From positions 1 to 63,933 of IMG/VR virus record IMGVR_UViG_3300006059_000003: a stretch of 63,933 bases of DNA, one strand, 5' to 3'. The notes under the pieces are model-generated. The model was not told the DNA's origin, made no database searches, and saw only the letters and a list, made by a program, of their open reading frames with translations. The DNA is from a virus. Its lineage: Duplodnaviria > Caudoviricetes. Shown in pieces: positions 8,184-17,419 of the stretch. The position numbers and the translations under genes are program-made. Numbering within the stretch: position 1 is the stretch's first letter; the number at the start of each line of letters is the position of its first letter.

Positions 8184-8858
8184 GTGGCTATCCTTCTATA
8201 TAGAAAAAATCCTAATATGAAACTCTATACTGCAGATTCTACACTTCTCTCCTCTCCTATTCGCTCTATCCTCTCCTCTTACCCTCAACTTGCTAGATAC
8301 TCTATAGTTCCTATAGATCAAGACCGCTTTGCTGAATACAAATCTACTGCATATTCTAAACATATTCAATACGGTTTCGGTGCAAAAGACTCCCCTTCCT
8401 ATTTAGGTACTGGAATAATTACTTATGATGACATTGATTGTTCTGGTTTCTTCGAGACTCTACTATACTACTCTACACATAATGTACTCCATGATCTTTC
8501 CCCTCCTTATACTCCACTTCCTGATGGTTCCTATCTTCAAGCAGATTGGTTCCTCTCTCCTATTAATAATTTCTACCATCACAGAATACTCTCTAATCAA
8601 GATTATCTTGATGCAGTTTCTCCTTCTTCTACCACCGACCACGACCCCTTAGTTCGTGCTTGTTTTCATCTTCCTAATGGTCGTAACGGAGATTCTACAG
8701 GTCATGTGTGGATTGACTGCCATGGTCATTCTGTAGAATCTTATGGTGGTCATGGTCCCGGCGAACGTCCTATCCTTCATCAGTGGTTCCAAGATCATTG
8801 TGATCTGGTAGTTATTATTGGTCCTCTAGTTCCTACTTCTAATTGGTCTTACCCTTAA
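8184..8858 (+). CDS. NlpC/P60-type peptidoglycan hydrolase (endolysin); start may be ATG 8217
   Basis: YGFGAK, DCSGF (catalytic Cys), GHVWI (His), ES motif. Confidence 0.7.
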   Translation: MAILLYRKNPNMKLYTADSTLLSSPIRSILSSYPQLARYSIVPIDQDRFAEYKSTAYSKHIQYGFGAKDSPSYLGTGIITYDDIDCSGFFETLLYYSTHNVLHDLSPPYTPLPDGSYLQADWFLSPINNFYHHRILSNQDYLDAVSPSSTTDHDPLVRACFHLPNGRNGDSTGHVWIDCHGHSVESYGGHGPGERPILHQWFQDHCDLVVIIGPLVPTSNWSYP

Positions 8859-9031
8859 ACGCTCCTCGTCGCTTCGCTCCTCAGAGTCCGAATGTAGAAC
8901 ATATACTAATAGAGTAGTATCTATTACCTTAACTTCTTACTCTATCCGACTCCCTGCGGTCGTCGGCCTTCTATATAATCTCTATACACAATTCTCTTTC
9001 CAGAGAAAATACGCAAAGGAAACCTTCTGAT

Positions 9032-9328
9032 ATGTCATGGTCTTTATATACAAAAGGTAGAATTTCTGCTGTTATTGAAGCAGTGAAACTCTCAAAACTC
9101 CAAAATACTGATAATGAACAAGGTAATCATGCTAAGAATCTTATCCTCTCACAAGTGCAGAATATTAAGGAGTATGAAGAGTTATATCAAAATTCTACAC
9201 AACTTGAAGGATTCATTAAAGTTAAATGTGTAGAAATCCAGGCTTTTGGACATTCTGATACTACTAATGGTTCTAGCAATTTCTCTATTAAAGTAGATAT
9301 CTCAGAAATGTTAATTCCTGCTGTCTAA
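9032..9328 (+). CDS. Hypothetical protein
   Basis: AAAGGA RBS; resembles N-terminal domain of the 14269 product. Confidence 0.7.
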   Translation: MSWSLYTKGRISAVIEAVKLSKLQNTDNEQGNHAKNLILSQVQNIKEYEELYQNSTQLEGFIKVKCVEIQAFGHSDTTNGSSNFSIKVDISEMLIPAV

Positions 9329-9352
9329 TCTCTCTCTCTCTCTCTCTCTCTC
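9329..9352. repeat. (TC)12 microsatellite
   Basis: Read directly from sequence. Confidence 0.9.
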
Positions 9353-9391
9353 TTCTCTTTTCTATCTCCAATAACTAAGGAAACCCTAAAA

Positions 9392-9592
9392 ATGAGTGAT
9401 CTTTCTACAGAAATTGAACAAGTGTCTGGAATTCCTGAGATTCACCTTATGGACACTCCAACCCAGGCAAAAGCCGTAGCTTCTAAGGTGAATGATATTG
9501 TCTCTGTTATCCCACAGGAACAACGAATGTCCTTTATTGGACATTTTATGGTGCAACTTATGGGATTCTTTAACCATAAGAAATCTAACTGA
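9392..9592 (+). CDS. Hypothetical protein
   Basis: TAAGGA RBS; 66 aa. Confidence 0.65.
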   Translation: MSDLSTEIEQVSGIPEIHLMDTPTQAKAVASKVNDIVSVIPQEQRMSFIGHFMVQLMGFFNHKKSN

Positions 9593-9631
9593 TTCGACGA
9601 GTAAAACACTGAAAGGAACATTTCCTATACT

Positions 9632-10027
9632 ATGGCTACCTCTCTTACTGGAAGAAATATTTCAGCAACACACCTTCCCTGGGAGGATGGGAATGTCCCT
9701 GTAACTCCTAATGCCGCTGCCGCCCTTCAACAATCAATTACTGGAATTCGTCGTTCTCGTTTAGTGACTCCCGCAGATTCTACGAATCTAACACTAACAG
9801 ACCCTATTTCCGGTGTAACTACTGCGGCTATAGCACGTTGTCTTACAATTTATGGTGGTACTCAGATTTGTGTAGTTTGTGCAGACGATGACCCTGCCGG
9901 TACTCTTAATGCGGGAGGCCCAATTAATATTCCTCTATCTGGTGGATTTATTATTCTTCCATATCATGTCTCTCAGGTGTGGGCAACAGGAACTACAGGT
10001 TCTCCAACCATCATAGCTAATTATTAA
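9632..10027 (+). CDS. Head-spike base protein (RcGTA Rcc01079-like)
   Basis: VTPAD...ARCLTIYGG...LPYHVSQVWATGTT resembles the GTA spike-base family signature. Confidence 0.55.
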   Translation: MATSLTGRNISATHLPWEDGNVPVTPNAAAALQQSITGIRRSRLVTPADSTNLTLTDPISGVTTAAIARCLTIYGGTQICVVCADDDPAGTLNAGGPINIPLSGGFIILPYHVSQVWATGTTGSPTIIANY

Positions 10028-10096
10028 TTAACTTGTACCTATAGTTTATAAGGAAATTCTTTTCCAGAGAAAGGAGGCGCGGAACCGCAGAAATTA

Positions 10097-11908
10097 ATGG
10101 CTAAACTTTCACAAGAATTGTTTCCAGGTGGAGTCGCTAGTGCTACATTTGATTGGGCTGTAGACTATGCAGTAGTAGCTAATGGTCCTCCTGAAACTCC
10201 TAATGTTGCTGGTAGAATTTACACTACTAGAAACTCCACTGTCTCTGCCGCCGGTAAGTATGGAATGTCCCATGTGGTAGATTCTATTAGTGGGCAAATT
10301 GGAGTAAGAGCAGTGTTCTTCCTTACAGGTTCCCCTAGTGGAACTTCTGCTATGGAAATATGCCTACGATCTACTACTCAGGATGGTTCTGGTGACCAAT
10401 ACTTCTTCCACTTTGGTATTGATGCTGGTGGAGCAAATATTTTTAAGAGACTTGCAGGAGTTGCAGGTAGTGCTAAGGCTCAAGCGGCAGGAGCAAACTT
10501 AATTGTAGTTAATAATGGTTACGAAGTGTATTTTAGTGCAGAAGGAACTACAACTACTGTATTAAAAGCCTTTGTAAGAGATATGATTACAGGTAAGTAT
10601 CTACAGTCAGACTCTACATGGCAGTATAAAGTTGCTCCTTGTTGTACTTATTCTGATTCTACTTCTCCCTTAACTGCCGCAGGGTATTATGGTGTTTCTA
10701 CACGTATTCAAGCTGGTACTGGTACATGGTATGTAGCTTCTCTACAAGCTGGTTCTATCCAAGCAGTGACTACAGGTAACGTAATAAATGTATCTAATGC
10801 CGCAATTAAACGTACTCATTTAGGTTGGTTTGAAGATACAGTTTCTTCTCCTAACAGAATACAATCTGCTAATCCAGGTAATGCTTTTGATGTAACTATT
10901 ACAGACTCACAATATGCATATATTACCTTAGACGGAGCATCTCCAGCTACTACCTTTGATGTACAATGGAAAGCATCTTACGATACTGACTATAATGCCG
11001 CTTCATTTGTGACTTCTACTATTAATGGAACTTCTGTACTTGCTATTGTAGGGATGCCTTATGGTTCAAATGATTTAAAGGTTATTCTCAAAAATCCCGG
11101 TACTGCTACTGCTGATGTAAGATATACAGGTACAGTAATTGGTATCCAGGGAATAGAGTTGGAATCCGGGAGTTCTGTATCCGCACCTTCTTCAGTTCCT
11201 ACACTTCTAGCAATGTCATACTGTGACTCTATTGGAGAAGGTCAAACTGCAAATCCTACAACAGCAGTATCTTCATATGTATTTGCTCAAGATGCTACAC
11301 AGACATTCCTACATATAGCAATGAAGTTGTTAAATTACTACTATGCCCCTATAGCTTTCTCTGGGCAAGGAGTATATCCTACAATTAACTCTGTTCCTCC
11401 TCTAACTACTACTTATGATGCTTATTTTGCCATATCAGGTACAAAGAAATCTCGCATATCGGGTGGTGTATTTGTTACACAACCTGACTTAGTTATTATA
11501 GAAGAAGGTCATAACGATGGTACTTCTATATCAGGTGGCCCCCAATCTAGTGGTAACTTTCAAACAGCTTATTCTACAGTAGTTACAGGAATTAGAACAG
11601 CGGCTCCTAATGCAATTATTATCTGTATGGTCCCCTTCTCAGGAGTGTATCGTACAGAAATTACAGCTGTTGTTGCCGCCGCTGGCTCAAAGGTGTTTCT
11701 TCTTGATTTAGGAACTCTAGGATTAGCTTCTTTAGGTAATGAAAATCTTACTGCTGGCTCATATGTAGGATTACAAGGAAGTTATGATGAAATTCATCCT
11801 ACAAAAGATTATCATAAGATTCTAGGGGGATTAGTAGCACAAGCACTTAGACAAATACTTGCGCCTTTTGTAGGTAGATCGGGTATTATGTACGGAGGAA
11901 GACTGTAA
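10097..11908 (+). CDS. Virion fibre/spike with C-terminal SGNH (GDSL) esterase
   Basis: SGNH blocks DSIGEG, SGQG, GHND, DEIHP; beta-rich N-terminal domains. Confidence 0.7.
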   Translation: MAKLSQELFPGGVASATFDWAVDYAVVANGPPETPNVAGRIYTTRNSTVSAAGKYGMSHVVDSISGQIGVRAVFFLTGSPSGTSAMEICLRSTTQDGSGDQYFFHFGIDAGGANIFKRLAGVAGSAKAQAAGANLIVVNNGYEVYFSAEGTTTTVLKAFVRDMITGKYLQSDSTWQYKVAPCCTYSDSTSPLTAAGYYGVSTRIQAGTGTWYVASLQAGSIQAVTTGNVINVSNAAIKRTHLGWFEDTVSSPNRIQSANPGNAFDVTITDSQYAYITLDGASPATTFDVQWKASYDTDYNAASFVTSTINGTSVLAIVGMPYGSNDLKVILKNPGTATADVRYTGTVIGIQGIELESGSSVSAPSSVPTLLAMSYCDSIGEGQTANPTTAVSSYVFAQDATQTFLHIAMKLLNYYYAPIAFSGQGVYPTINSVPPLTTTYDAYFAISGTKKSRISGGVFVTQPDLVIIEEGHNDGTSISGGPQSSGNFQTAYSTVVTGIRTAAPNAIIICMVPFSGVYRTEITAVVAAAGSKVFLLDLGTLGLASLGNENLTAGSYVGLQGSYDEIHPTKDYHKILGGLVAQALRQILAPFVGRSGIMYGGRL

Positions 11909-11918
11909 TAAATAAACT

Positions 11919-12716
11919 ATGGCTACAAACAAAGGTATAGATATTCGTCAAAGAGGAGTAGCTTTAGATATTAAAGTCTCCTTAAAAGATACAGCAGGTG
12001 CAAAAGTAACTACAGGTACTACAGTTTGTAGAATCTTGGAGTTACAAACAGATGGTACATTTAAGACATATGACTTCAATGATAATACCTTTAAGTCTAC
12101 TGCTTGTACAACTCCTACACTTGCTTTAACCCATCGTACTGCTAACAATGCTACATTTAACACAGGAATATGGACTGTTATTCAGTCTACCCTTACTGGA
12201 TTTACTGTAGGTAACAAATATACTATATTAGTAAATAACTCTTTAGCGGCTCCTCCCGATCAAGAAAGAGAATGGCAGTATGGAGATGGAGAAGGAGACT
12301 TCTCACTGGACTCTTCTGGAAGAACTACTCTTACTCCTACTACTATTCAAGCCATATGGGATGCTTTAACTTCTGCACTTACTACGGCAGGTTCGGTGGG
12401 CAAAGCACTGGCTGACTATATTGCAGAAAATCAAGTAGTCTTGAATGTTCCTACTACAGGAACTACAGATGGTAATACCTTAGCCCTAACTCGTAAACAG
12501 TTAAATACGCTTATGGCATCTTTAGCGGCTGGTGGAGATACTGCATCTGGTCCTCCTGTAGCTTCTGCATCTTTAACAGTGACTTACTATATGGTAGGTA
12601 TGCCTAAGATCGCTGGTAACATTGTTGCAGTTGCTACAGTGTCCTATGATTCTAATAAGATACAAACTGGTAGAAGTACTACACTTATTCAGAATCCTTT
12701 CCCTGCAATACCATAA
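11919..12716 (+). CDS. Putative virion structural protein
   Basis: Thr/Gly-rich; AIWD...AGSVGK motif seen in phage fibre-associated proteins. Confidence 0.6.
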   Translation: MATNKGIDIRQRGVALDIKVSLKDTAGAKVTTGTTVCRILELQTDGTFKTYDFNDNTFKSTACTTPTLALTHRTANNATFNTGIWTVIQSTLTGFTVGNKYTILVNNSLAAPPDQEREWQYGDGEGDFSLDSSGRTTLTPTTIQAIWDALTSALTTAGSVGKALADYIAENQVVLNVPTTGTTDGNTLALTRKQLNTLMASLAAGGDTASGPPVASASLTVTYYMVGMPKIAGNIVAVATVSYDSNKIQTGRSTTLIQNPFPAIP

Positions 12717-12744
12717 TCAACCATAACCGTAGGAAATTATTATT

Positions 12745-12894
12745 ATGATAGCAGGACTAGATCAAGCATTAGACCCTTGTTTCGATCAAATGGCTCTAAT
12801 TACTCAAGGTTCTTCTCCTCCACCACCAACACCTACAGATTCTATAGGTGGATTAACTTCCGGGTGGCTTAGTGGACTAACAGTAGGAATTTAA
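12745..12894 (+). CDS. Small hypothetical protein (49 aa)
   Basis: AGGA RBS; fills the intergenic gap in the operon. Confidence 0.45.
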   Translation: MIAGLDQALDPCFDQMALITQGSSPPPPTPTDSIGGLTSGWLSGLTVGI

Positions 12895-12933
12895 TTAAAT
12901 TGAACCGACATAGAAAAGGAAACAATATAAGCT

Positions 12934-14229
12934 ATGTCAGCAACATGCAAAGTAAAAGTAAAACGAAAAGAAGAATCTACTGTATCTGTAGAAACTGTTC
13001 CCTCTAAGAAAACAGCAGTTAAATCTACATCTATAGGAAATTCTCTTCCAGAGAAATTGGAACCCGTTTCGGAACCGAAACCTAGATTTGTTCATAAGAA
13101 ACCTAATGTAAATTCTCCAGAAATAACCAATCAATTCTTAGTACCTTATGGAACTTCTAAAGGTATTGCTGGACCTATAGCAATATTATCTAAAGAAGTA
13201 AGAATAGGTTCTCAGGGAGGAATTATAGGTAATCCAAAAGCAGGTAAGAGACGCGGCGGAAGAGAAAGAAAACTTCATATCTATGACGAAGAAAGACAGT
13301 TAAGAGATAAAGTTATTGCTCATACTCCTGAAGGTAAGAGAATATTTGCATATAACAATAATGGAGTTCCTATTTGTTTCGCTAAACGTTCTAAAGAAAG
13401 TGAAAATTATCCAGAAGGCCATATAGGTAGAGTTCGTTGTCAGTCACATATTACTATGATGAATGGTAGATGTGCTAGACATGGAGGAAATGCACGTTCT
13501 GGACTAATGCACCCCCATGCTAAACATTTACGAACAGCAGAATCTCTCCCTAGACACCTTCGTGTAGATATGTTAGCCGCAGAAAATGACCCTGATCTTC
13601 TTTCTTTGAGACATGAAATAAAACTAAGTGATGTAAGAATTGCTAGTTTAAAACGTGACTTGGAATTAGGATTAAATTCTACTGCCGCTAGACGTATTGA
13701 TAATCTCCTACAGACTATTAACGAGAAACTAAGTAAAAAGTCTTCTTCACAATCTATTAATGAATTATTGTACGAATTAATAGAAGTTTACCAAAAAGGT
13801 AAATCTGAAAAAGCAGGATGGAAAGAGTTAGAAGAAGCTAAAGAAGCTAGACGTAAGTTATCAGAGTCAGAAGCTAAAAGAGAAACTCAACTCAAACTTA
13901 CTTTAGGTGCTAATCAAGTACTTACTCTAGTTTCTGCTATGGCTACTATTGCTCGTGATCTAATTGCTAAACTTATGAAAGACCTAGAATCTAGGTATAT
14001 TTTTATAGATAAAGCAAATGCACCTTTAGCATTACAGCAAACTCTTAAAGAATTTGTAGATTCTAACCCTACTTCAACTGCTGTAGTGAAACGACTTGAT
14101 CTTTCCTGGCAAACTCTGTTCTTAACTGATATGACTAGGAAATTGGGTAAATTAACTACAGGAACAGTTCGTGAAGAAGAAAAAGACGCTATGTATTCTG
14201 ATAGCGAATCAGATATAATGGACGAATAG
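12934..14229 (+). CDS. terS: Terminase small subunit-like (HGG Zn-finger domain plus coiled coil)
   Basis: C..RC...GRCARHGG motif (HGGxSTG-type), upstream of TerL. Confidence 0.55.
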   Translation: MSATCKVKVKRKEESTVSVETVPSKKTAVKSTSIGNSLPEKLEPVSEPKPRFVHKKPNVNSPEITNQFLVPYGTSKGIAGPIAILSKEVRIGSQGGIIGNPKAGKRRGGRERKLHIYDEERQLRDKVIAHTPEGKRIFAYNNNGVPICFAKRSKESENYPEGHIGRVRCQSHITMMNGRCARHGGNARSGLMHPHAKHLRTAESLPRHLRVDMLAAENDPDLLSLRHEIKLSDVRIASLKRDLELGLNSTAARRIDNLLQTINEKLSKKSSSQSINELLYELIEVYQKGKSEKAGWKELEEAKEARRKLSESEAKRETQLKLTLGANQVLTLVSAMATIARDLIAKLMKDLESRYIFIDKANAPLALQQTLKEFVDSNPTSTAVVKRLDLSWQTLFLTDMTRKLGKLTTGTVREEEKDAMYSDSESDIMDE

Positions 14230-14268
14230 AAAATAAAGATAGAACATAAGGATGGAGACAGTAACTAT

Positions 14269-14988
14269 ATGAGTTTTACAGAAGCAAAAAGCGGTAGTAT
14301 TGAAGAAGTTAAAGATTGGCTCGATAATCTAAAAGATACAGGTATTACCTTCTACGGCGAAGCCCGTGATCTTGACCAACATCGTGCAGAACATGCAGAT
14401 ATTTTCGATTATGCAAAATATGATCTTCTATACTTAATCAAGCGTGAAGAAGAGAAGGAAGACAGTACTGGATTTGTTATAGTAAATTTAGCAGGACATG
14501 GAGGAATTGGACAAGCACAATACTCTATTTCCTGTATTAGGATTCCTAGTCCATCTTCTTCCCAGGAAAATGCAACTCCTTCACAAGGTCAAGGAAATCT
14601 CTCTGCTAATCAAATTCCTACATCATACCCTACTGTTGGGGGGCATGATGAAGTCGGTCCTAATGTAGGTTCTGAACTTCCTCCAAAACAAATCTTTGTA
14701 GACACTGTAAGTTCTAGTAGTCCTATTGCTGAATCTACAGAAGAAGAATCTACAGATAATGAAGAAGATGAAGATAGTAAAGATAACGAAGAAGGCGAAG
14801 TTGATTTAGATGAAAATGAAAATCCAATAACTTCTAACTCTACTCCTACTTCCACTCCTACATCAGAATCTACTCCTGCACCTGTAATTACTACTACAAA
14901 TACATCAACTACATCAGAATCTACTTCTACTACAGAACCTACACCTCCTGTAGAAGATAAGAAAGAAGACAAAAATAATGGCAGTTAG
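14269..14988 (+). CDS. Hypothetical protein with acidic, S/T/P-rich disordered tail
   Basis: 239-aa ORF; N-domain similar to 9032. Confidence 0.7.
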   Translation: MSFTEAKSGSIEEVKDWLDNLKDTGITFYGEARDLDQHRAEHADIFDYAKYDLLYLIKREEEKEDSTGFVIVNLAGHGGIGQAQYSISCIRIPSPSSSQENATPSQGQGNLSANQIPTSYPTVGGHDEVGPNVGSELPPKQIFVDTVSSSSPIAESTEEESTDNEEDEDSKDNEEGEVDLDENENPITSNSTPTSTPTSESTPAPVITTTNTSTTSESTSTTEPTPPVEDKKEDKNNGS

Positions 14989-15346
14989 TGGACAAAAAGT
15001 GGTATCTGCATATAAGGTTATTGCGGCAGGTAGTGTAAATAATACACTAATTGCACCTAACCTTTCCTATCTTCGTGGGTATCAATTAGTAAACAATGCC
15101 GCTTATGTAGTATATCTACATTTGTATGATAAGGCTACTGCTCCTGTTTGTGGTACTGATGTACCAATATTGACTATTGCAATTCCTGCATCTACAACTA
15201 CTCCTATACCATTTCCTCTAACAAGCACACAAGAAGCTGTTATATTCAAGAATGGTCTAGGATTTGCACTATCTAAGGGTTCGGCAGATACAGATGCTAC
15301 AGTAGTAGTTGCAGCAGATATTGTTGGAACTATTTTCTACGTTTAA
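14978..15346 (+). CDS. Putative virion protein
   Basis: YLHLYDKATAP..GTDVP...FKNGLGFA beta-sandwich pattern. Confidence 0.6.
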   Translation: MAVSGQKVVSAYKVIAAGSVNNTLIAPNLSYLRGYQLVNNAAYVVYLHLYDKATAPVCGTDVPILTIAIPASTTTPIPFPLTSTQEAVIFKNGLGFALSKGSADTDATVVVAADIVGTIFYV

Positions 15347-15493
15347 GATAGTATCTACCATTTCTCTTCCAGAGAAGATGTAGAAAAGGGTTCCTTTGGT
15401 TTGTTTCCTTACCTTTTCTACTAAGTGAGGGAGTAGTAATTTCTGTTTTGAGAGGGATAGGGTTCTCTACTCCCTTATCTTAGAGTATAAACT

Positions 15494-17419
15494 ATGTTAG
15501 CAAATGTAGGTCGTAATGGTAAGACAGTAAACGAAACCACTAAGTCAATGTTTGAGTTAGCATTAGAAGAATTAACTGCACAACTAACTCCTGACACTGT
15601 TTTAGAAGATCGAGAATCTGCACCTAAAACTGTAGATGTATTACCTCTTTATGATTTCGTAGAAAAAACATCAAAGTTTATTCTTGAACCGTGGCAAGTA
15701 CATCTATGTAATAGATTAGAACGTTTGACTTATGAGAAGGGACAAAGAATTCTTATACATAAACCTCCTCAACATGGTGGGAGTGTTATTGTATCTCAGA
15801 GACTACCTGCATATCTTATTGGTGATAATCCTATCACAAGGGTAAAACTTGCATGTTATAATATCGAACATGCCACAACTTTTACATCTATTAATAAGCA
15901 GATTATGCAAACTTCTGAATACCAGGAGTTATTCCCTAGTAGAAACTGCAGATTACCTCTTCGTCCTTCTGATAAGAAATTTTCTACAGCAGCTCGTATT
16001 CGTTATCGTGATGGTCAATCCTCTTTAATGGCTTTAGGTTTGCTTACTGGATTTGTTGGACAAGGAGCAGATCACCTTTTAATTGACGACCCATACGCTT
16101 CCCCACAAGAAGCATTATCTCCTGCTGTAAATAAATCAGTACAGATGTTTTGGGAATCAGCGGCCCGTACTCGTATTGATGATAATACTAATGTAATTGT
16201 TATGTTCCATAGATATTGGGAAGATGACATTACTGGATTTCTTATTAAGAATGAAGGACTTCAAGCAGAAGGGGGTAAATGGGAGTTAATTTCCTACAGA
16301 GCAGAATGGGACGGTGATGAATCTATAGAAGTTGGAGGAAAAGACCCTTTAAATCGTAAGATTGGTGTATATCTTTCTCCCAGGAAAGCGGCGCAACCTA
16401 ATTACTACAGAGAACAAAAGAAAAGTGTTGCGATATGGCGTTCACAATTTCAAGGTAAACCTTCATCAGAAGACGGTAACATGTTTAAGACTGATAGGAT
16501 TAAGATAATTCCTACAGTTTTAGTTAAACTTGTCAAATTGACTCGTGCATGGGATACTGCATCTTCTGAGGATGGTGACTATACTGTTGGTGTTCTAATG
16601 GGATTAGGTGAAGATAAGATAATATATATTCTACACGTAGAGAGATTCAAAGCAGAAACTCACGAACGTAATAAGAGAATGAAACGAACTTGTCTTAATG
16701 ATCGTTTACGTTATCGTCGTATTGAGTATGTAGTTTGTGTACCTCAAAATCCTTCTGATGCTGGTAAAGATCAAGCAACTTCTTTTCAAATGTTATTTGC
16801 AGGATTTACAGTTTCTGTCATTCAAGCATTTAATAGAGGAGATAAGACAGTTCGTGCTGACCCGTGGGGTTCCTACTGTAATGCTGGACTTGTTAAAGTA
16901 GTTTTCTCTGGAAATATGTTTGAGAAAAATGAAAAAGGCGACTATATTTCCTGGGTTCCAGAATGGTATGCAGAACATAAGAAATTTCCTAACCAATTAA
17001 TTGACGACCAAGTTGATGCCTCTTCAGACGGATTTTCTGAATTAGTCTTAGATGGAGATATTCCTGCTGGAGAAGATTTTGATACTTTAGGAAGAGGTAA
17101 GGATTCTGACTTACTTGATAATCTACTTCCTACATCAAACATAGTATTTAATGAAGAGAATGATTTTGATACTATGATGAATGAGTATCTTGCTCAACAA
17201 GCAGAAGGAAATACTTATGAAGATTACTATAGTAGTAGAGCAGGTACAACAAATTCAGGTTCTCCTCCTACAATTATTGGAGATATAAATGGCTACGGTA
17301 AAAATAAAATCAGTATCAACCAGATCGTCTCCAACGCGACGGGGAATCCTAGCTTCTACAGGTATGGTAAAGGACTACCAAGAAAAGTCCCTCAAAAAAC
17401 TACGAGAGGGAGTCGCTGA
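15494..17419 (+). CDS. terL: Terminase large subunit
   Basis: PWQ Q-motif, Walker A-like PPQHGGS, Walker B LLIDDP, nuclease RAWDTA...GDYTVG...DDQVDA. Confidence 0.9.
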   Translation: MLANVGRNGKTVNETTKSMFELALEELTAQLTPDTVLEDRESAPKTVDVLPLYDFVEKTSKFILEPWQVHLCNRLERLTYEKGQRILIHKPPQHGGSVIVSQRLPAYLIGDNPITRVKLACYNIEHATTFTSINKQIMQTSEYQELFPSRNCRLPLRPSDKKFSTAARIRYRDGQSSLMALGLLTGFVGQGADHLLIDDPYASPQEALSPAVNKSVQMFWESAARTRIDDNTNVIVMFHRYWEDDITGFLIKNEGLQAEGGKWELISYRAEWDGDESIEVGGKDPLNRKIGVYLSPRKAAQPNYYREQKKSVAIWRSQFQGKPSSEDGNMFKTDRIKIIPTVLVKLVKLTRAWDTASSEDGDYTVGVLMGLGEDKIIYILHVERFKAETHERNKRMKRTCLNDRLRYRRIEYVVCVPQNPSDAGKDQATSFQMLFAGFTVSVIQAFNRGDKTVRADPWGSYCNAGLVKVVFSGNMFEKNEKGDYISWVPEWYAEHKKFPNQLIDDQVDASSDGFSELVLDGDIPAGEDFDTLGRGKDSDLLDNLLPTSNIVFNEENDFDTMMNEYLAQQAEGNTYEDYYSSRAGTTNSGSPPTIIGDINGYGKNKISINQIVSNATGNPSFYRYGKGLPRKVPQKTTRGSR

